DNA of 64,000 nucleotides, from assembly GCF_009914755.1 (NCBI RefSeq), contig NC_060927.1, one strand, 5' to 3'. The notes under the pieces are model-generated. The model was not told the origin of the DNA. It saw only the letters and a list, made by a program, of their open reading frames with translations, and searched no databases. The translations under genes and the position numbers were made by a program. This DNA is from the human T2T-CHM13v2.0 reference genome, Homo sapiens. Shown one piece after another: positions 57,022 to 64,000 of the stretch (the stretch's first letter is position 1; each line of letters begins with the position of its first letter).

Positions 57022-58108
57022 TGTTGTGGGAAGTCAGGGACCCCGAAAGGAGGGACCAGCTGAAGCCATGGCAGAAGAACATAAATTGTGAAGATTTCAT
57101 GGACATTTATTAGTTCCCCAAATTAATACTTTTATAAATTCTTACGCCTGTCTTCACTGCAATCTCTGAACATAAATTGTGAAGATTTCATGGACACATC
57201 ACTTCCCCAATCAATACCCTTGTGATTTCCTATGCCTGCCTTTCCTTTTATTTCTTATCCCGTCATCTTCGTAAGATGAGGAGGATGTATGTCGCCTCAG
57301 GACCCTGTGATGATGCGTTAACTGCACAAATTGTTTGCAGAGCATGTGTGTTTGAACAATATGAAATCTGGGCACCTTGAAAAAAAGAACAGGATAACAA
57401 CAATGTTCAGGGAACAAGAGAGATAACCTTAAACTCTGACCACCAGTGAGCCGGGTAGAACAGAGCCATATTTCTCTTCTTTCAAAAGCAAATGGGAGAA
57501 ATATTGCTGAATTCTTTTTCTCAGCAAGGAACATCCCTGAGGAAGAGAATGCATCCCTGAGGGTAGGCCTCTGAAATGGCCACTTCAGGGGTGGCCATCT
57601 TTTAGGATCGCAGCTGTAGGGATGAAATAAGCCCCAGTCTCCCAGAGTGCTCCCAGGCTTATTAGGATGAGGAAATTCCCACCTAATAAATTTTGGTCAG
57701 ACCAGTTGTCTGCTCTCAAACCCTGTCTCCTGATAAGATGTTATCAATGACAATGCATGCCCAAAACTTCATTAGCAATTTTAATTTTGCCCCAGTCCTG
57801 TGGTCCTGTGATCTCACCCTGCCTCCATTTACCTTGTGATATCTTATTACCTTGTGAAGCATGGGATCTCTGTGACCCATGCCCTATTCGTACACTCCCT
57901 CCCCTTTTGAAAATCGCTAATAAAAGCTTGCTGGTTTTACAGCTCAGGGGGCATCACAGAACCTGCCGACATGTGATGTCTCCCCTGGACAACCAGCTTT
58001 AAAATTTCTCTCTTTTGTACTCTGTCCCTTTATTTCTCAGACTGGCCAACACTTAGGGAAAATAGAAAAGAACCTACGTGAAATATCGGGGGTGAATTTC
58101 GCCCGATA
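57022..58108 (+). mobile_element. MER11 (B/C-like; HERV-K11/HML-8) solo LTR
   Basis: tgttgtgggaagtcagggacccc...gaatttcgcccgata, ~1.09 kb; internal repeat gaacataaattgtgaagatttcatggaca twice; 6-bp TSD ctatga / ctatgc. Confidence 0.92.
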
Positions 58109-58501
58109 CTATGCCTAGTTTGTTGTGGGTTTTTATTATAAAGAGATTGTGGATTTATTGACTGCTTTTTCTGCATCCATTAAGAAGATCATATGGTTTT
58201 TGTTTTTAATTCTGTTTATGTGATGTATCACATTTATTGACTAGTATATGTTAAACCATCCCTGCATCTCTGGGATGAGACCCACTTGATCATGGCATAT
58301 TGTCTTTTTGATGTGCTGCTGAATTTGCTGTGCTAGTATTTTGTTGAAGACCTTTGTATCTATGTTTATCAGGGATATTAGTCTGTAGTTTTCTTTTTTT
58401 GTTATGTCCTTTCCTGGTTTTGGTATTAGGGTGACACTGGCTTCATAGAATTAGTTAACGAGTATTCCTTCTTATTCAGTCTTTTGCAATAGTTTCAGTA
58501 G

Positions 58502-58843
<342 letters not shown>

Positions 58844-61120
58844 TAGAATTCGGCAGTGAATACATCTGCCACAGGGCTTTTTTTTTGTTGGCAACTTTTT
58901 ATATTTGTTCGATCTCATTGCTTGTTATTGGTCTGTTCAGGATTTCTATTTCTTTCTGATTCAATCTAGCAGGGTTGTAGGTTTCCAAGAATTTATTTGC
59001 TTCTTCTAGATTTTCTAGTCTGTATGCATAGAAGTGTTCATTGTAGTGTCGAATGATCTTTTGTATTTCTGTGATGTCAGTTGTAATGTCTCCATTTTCA
59101 TTTCTAATTGAGCTTATTTGAATCTTTTCTTTGTTAATCTAGCTAATGGTCTATCAATTTCATCTTTTAAAACACCCAACTTTTTGTTTCGTTGGTCTTT
59201 TTTGTTCCAATTTCATTTAGTTCTGCTTTAATCTTTGTTATTTCTTTTCTTCTGCTAGCTTTGGGTTTGGCTTGTTATTGTTTCTATAGTTTCTTGAGGT
59301 GTGACATTAAGATGTCAATTTGTGATTTTTCAACCTTTTTGATGCAGGCATTTAGTGCTATAAACTTTCCTCTTAGCACTGCTTTTGTTGTATCCCAAAG
59401 GTTTTGATAACTTGCATCATTATCATTTATTTTAAATAATTTTAAAATTTCCATCTTGATTTCATTGTTAACTACCAAGTCATTCAGGAGCAGATTGGTT
59501 AATTTCCATGTATTTATATAGTTTTGAGGATTTCTTTTGGAGTTGTTTTCTGAGAAGATACTTGATTTTTAAAAATTTATTGAGGCTTGTTTTGTGGCCT
59601 ATCATATATTGTATCTTGGAGAATGTTCCATGTGCTGATGAGAAGAATGTAAATTCTATAGTTCTTGAGTAGAATGTTTTGTAAATATCTATTAGGTACA
59701 TTTGTTCTAGAGTGTAGTTTAAGCTTGTTGTTTCTTTGTTGACTTTCTGCCTTGATGATCCGTCTAGTGCTGTCAGTGTAGTGTTGAAGTTCCTCAGTAT
59801 AACTGTGTTGCTGTCTGTCTCTTTCCTTAGGTATAGTAATACTTGTTTTTATGAATCTGGGACTCCAGAGTTAGCTCCATATATGTTTAGGATTGTAATA
59901 TCTTCTTGTTGGATTGATTTTTTATCATTTTTAATGACCTTATTTGTCTTTTATTTTTAGTGTTGCTGCTTTAAAATCTGTTTTCTCTGATATAAGAATA
60001 CCTACACCTGCATGCTTTTGGTTTCTGTTTGTGTGGAATATCTTTTTCCATCCCTTTACCTTGAGATTATAAGAATCCTTATGTGTTAGGTGAAGCTCTT
60101 GAAGACAGCATATATTTGGTTTGTGATTTTTTAAATCCATTCTTCCTATTTGTATCTTTTAAGTGGAAGATTTAGATCATTTACATTCAACATTAATATT
60201 GAGACGTGATATATTGTTTCAATCATCATGTTAATTACTACCTAGATACTTTGATTTCATCATTTTGTTATTGTTTTGTAAACCCTATGAGTTTTATGCT
60301 TTCAAGAGGTTCCATTCTGATGTATACTGAGCCTTTACTTTAAGGTTTAGAACTCCCTGTAGCATTTGTGGCAGAATTGATCTGGTAGTGACAAATTCCC
60401 TCAGCATTTGCTTGTCTAAAAAATATATTATTTCTCCTTCATTTATGAAACTTAGTTTTGCTGGATACAAAATTCTTGGCTGACAGTTATTCTGTTCAAG
60501 GAGGCTAAAGATAGGATCCCAATCCCTTCTGTCTTATAAGGTTTCTGCTGGGAAGGGAAGTCTGCTGATAGTCTCATAGACTTTCCTTTATAAGTTACTT
60601 GTTGCTTTTGTCTCACTGCTCTTAGAATTCTTTCCTTCACATTGACTTTAGAAAGCCTAATGACTATATGCCTTGGTGATGTCCTTTTTGTAATGAATCT
60701 CCCATGAGTTCTTTGAGCTTCTTGGATTTGGATATCTAAAACTCTAGCAAGAGCAGGAAAGTTTTCTTCAATTATTCCCTCAAATCAGCTTTCCAAAGTT
60801 TTTGCTTTCTCTTCTCCCTCAGGAATACCAATGATTCTTAGATATGACTGTTTTACATAATTGCATATTTCTTGGATACTGTTCCTTTCTTTTAATTCTT
60901 TTTTCTTTGTTTTTATCCCATCAGGTATTTTAGTTGTTTATTTTGCTTTCAGTCTTCATTTCTCTGAAGGTTATATTTCTACTTTTGATTTTTTCAATTT
61001 TAGACAGTACCTATGATTTTCTTCTGTGAAAATTGAGTTGTTGGTTTTTTTATACACACACTTTCCTGCCCTCCACAACCAAACCTCCATATACAGCTCA
61101 ATTTTACTTTGGTTAAATAA

Positions 61121-61418
<298 letters not shown>

Positions 61419-62449
61419 TTAAATCATTATTCAGTGTTTGCCTTGTTACAATTACATAAATTATCTTGATAGAAGAAACAAGTATTTTATTTTGTAGTAA
61501 ACCAAGATAAAAGTTTTCCTGCAAAACCTTTTTATCTGAATTTTATGGTTGTTTTGGTTTTTTATTTGCTTAGTTGTCTATGTACTTATCACTAATCTCT
61601 ACTCTTAACCAGTTGTCTAAATCTACTCTTGATACATTCAGACATGTAAGATACTAATTTCACATTCTTTAGTAAACATTCCCTAGAGACTTCCGACCTC
61701 TTCCAATCTGGACAGATTGTCCTTACTGCTCAATTGTCCTTTCAGGAGCTCTCTTTACCATTACCCAGTGGATTCTATTCTCTCTCAATCCTGTATGAAT
61801 CTTCTGTTTCCTAATCTTGTGTTCCTCATTTTGGTGGAGTACATCTTCCATTAATTTTCTGAGAAAAAGGGCAGGTAGGTGCATATTTTGAGACCTTGAA
61901 TGTCTAAAAATATTTTTAACCTAACCTCATATTTGATTTATAGTTTGAGAGGGTAAATCATTTATAGGTTATTTAAAAAATTTTTTCAAAAATTTGTGGC
62001 ATTTTTCCTTTCTGTTCAATTCCTATAAAGGCACATATATTTTTGTTTCATTCTTACTCCTAAGAAGTAACCCTTTGGGTTCCAACAGAAAATCTAGAGT
62101 GATTACTACAATCTCTCATCTTTGGTGAACTATAACTTTTGTCTCCTGTGACCCCATGAAACTGTTAAAAACTCTGCTCAGCTTCTCAGCTACTTATCTC
62201 TACTTATGTTTTCAACTTTTCAGCTACCATTTTCAAGTTGGCAGATGTCACAAGAGAAAAAGCAGTGCCAGAAGTCCAGTACCTCCTTGGACTTCCCTTC
62301 ATTTTGGGATATTTGCTCCACAAATATTCACTGTTTTACTGCCTTCATAATTATATGATGACTTCATACTGATTAGACAGGTGACAGATGAATAGATGAT
62401 AGAAAGATAGAAAAAGAGATAAGTATTCTAGCATTTCTCAATAAAAGAA

Positions 62450-63900
62450 ATTGTTCAAAACCAGCTAATCCAATTTTGTCTACCTTTCCAATAGTGAAAA
62501 CTCCTCTCAATATCAAACTGCTTCTTAATCACATTTCCAAGCAATTCTGTTCTAACCTCACTTTCAGCCTCATTTCCAGAAATACTTGTTCTTTCCATTC
62601 TTGAGTTTTCTGTGTCTCTGTGGGATAAATGGGGTTTCTTCTCTGTTTCCTCCAATTATGGCTAACTTCTAATTCAAAATTTTTGGCTTTGCTAATTTAT
62701 TACTACTTCTTCATCTGCTTTTTAGCTTGTAACCTTATATTGCTGCTTTCTATTTTCTTTTTCTCTTTTACTTGTGGGTCAAATTTAGTAGTTTTTGAGT
62801 CAGTGTAATGCCTCAGTTTACCAAATTCTTAACTAATTTTACCTATTTTATTTAAAAATGTTCATTTTAAGGCTATAAATCTTCCTCTAAGAATTGCTTT
62901 AGCTGCATTCCATAAGATTCAAGATACATTATTTTAGTTTTAAATTTTCATTATTATAATGATTAGTTATAACATTTCAAAAATTATTAAAATTTATTCA
63001 TTTTTCTATTAATTATTTTTAAGTTTCTTATATAAATTTCAAAATATTTCAGGTTTGATTATATTTTCCATATTGATCTCTTATTTTTATTACATTTTGG
63101 TCAGAACATTTTTTAATATAGTATCAATTACAGTATTTGAAATATATTGAGATTAACTTTGCAGCATTTGTATAGTAAATTTTCATGACTGTTCCATGTG
63201 TACATGAAAGGATTATATATTTTTGAATTGTTGGATATAAAACTCTATCAATTAAATCAAGCTTTTACTTGGATTATTAAATTCTCAACATCTTTTACTA
63301 CTTTTTTGGTCTAGTTGATCTGTTAATTACTGAGAGAGGTATAAAGGTAGCAATTTTTAATCTCTCCTTTTAATTCTGTTAATTTGCTTTATACCTTTAG
63401 GGCCAAATTTGTTGAAGGTGTAGGATTGTTTTATCTTCCCAGTGAATTGTTCCTTTTATTATGGTCTATTGATCTTTATTTTTCTCTTTTTGCCTTAAAG
63501 TCTACTTTGCTTACATTTAATAAAATTATATTAGCTTTCATGTGGCTAGCATTTGACTTGAAATATCTATTTCCATCCTGATAGTGTCAACATTTCTATC
63601 AGTATCTTTTAGGGTGTCTTTTGAAACTGTAAATGTGTGGACTTAAAAAAATATTATCCAATCTGAGACTATCATTTTTAACTGGTGTATCTGATTTGTA
63701 TAAGTGTATTGTTATTACTTGAAATACCTGAATTTTTTACAACCTATTTTGTCCTTCATATTTACTTGATATCCTGTTTCTTTTTTCTACTTTCCTATAT
63801 TGAGCTATTTAAATTCTTTTTTTCTACTGTTTTGAAAGTTTTGCCTTCTATCCCCATACTTGTAATGTGTATGTGAATTAACACAGACAAAAACTAAGCA
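62450..63900 (-). mobile_element. Very old L1M ORF2 5'/ORF1 region fragments
   Basis: aaggctataaatcttcctctaagaattgctttagctgcattccataa and tttgccttaaagtctactttg; T-rich antisense L1 character. Confidence 0.6.
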
Positions 63901-64000
63901 ATACCTCTAGTTTTAAGCAGTACAAATCTGGTTTAAATAATGCACTAATTTCAATTTTCCCCACCTTAATTATTACGGTGAAGCATTTTAGTCCCATCTC

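Noticed and set aside
56676-57113. 145-aa ORF spanning the L1PB/MER11 junction
   Set aside because: An antisense L1 frame reading into the LTR by chance, with a non-ATG start and no domain.
57077-57196. 29-bp direct repeat with spacer (CRISPR-like appearance)
   Set aside because: Intrinsic tandem repeat of MER11 LTRs; only two copies, in a eukaryotic context with no cas genes.

Overview
Primate (human-like) non-coding genomic DNA that is intergenic or deep intronic and dominated by interspersed repeats. I found no host protein-coding exon, RNA gene or CRISPR array; almost all short ORFs are chance frames or antisense and decayed frames within repeats. The main feature is a full-length ~6.04 kb L1PA2-type LINE-1 on the minus strand (13648-19682) with a 16-bp TSD. 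It has an uninterrupted 1275-aa ORF2 and an intact ORF0, but ORF1 carries three nonsense codons and the YY1 site is mutated. Other content includes a near full-length Hsmar2 mariner nested in Tigger3a, a complete THE1 provirus, THE1D/MER11/MER68/MLT1 solo LTRs, a 5'-inverted (twin-primed) L1, long L1MA and L1PB relics, nine Alu/FLAM copies and many L2, MIR and hAT fragments. There are also two local diverged duplications, two apparent template-switch hairpins and several repeat-free, motif-dense islands that may be enhancers. Repeat subfamily names come from remembered consensus features rather than a database search, and boundaries of old repeats are approximate. I see no convincing evidence of a wholly new biological system; the best candidate for unusual biology is the ORF2-only, YY1-mutant L1.
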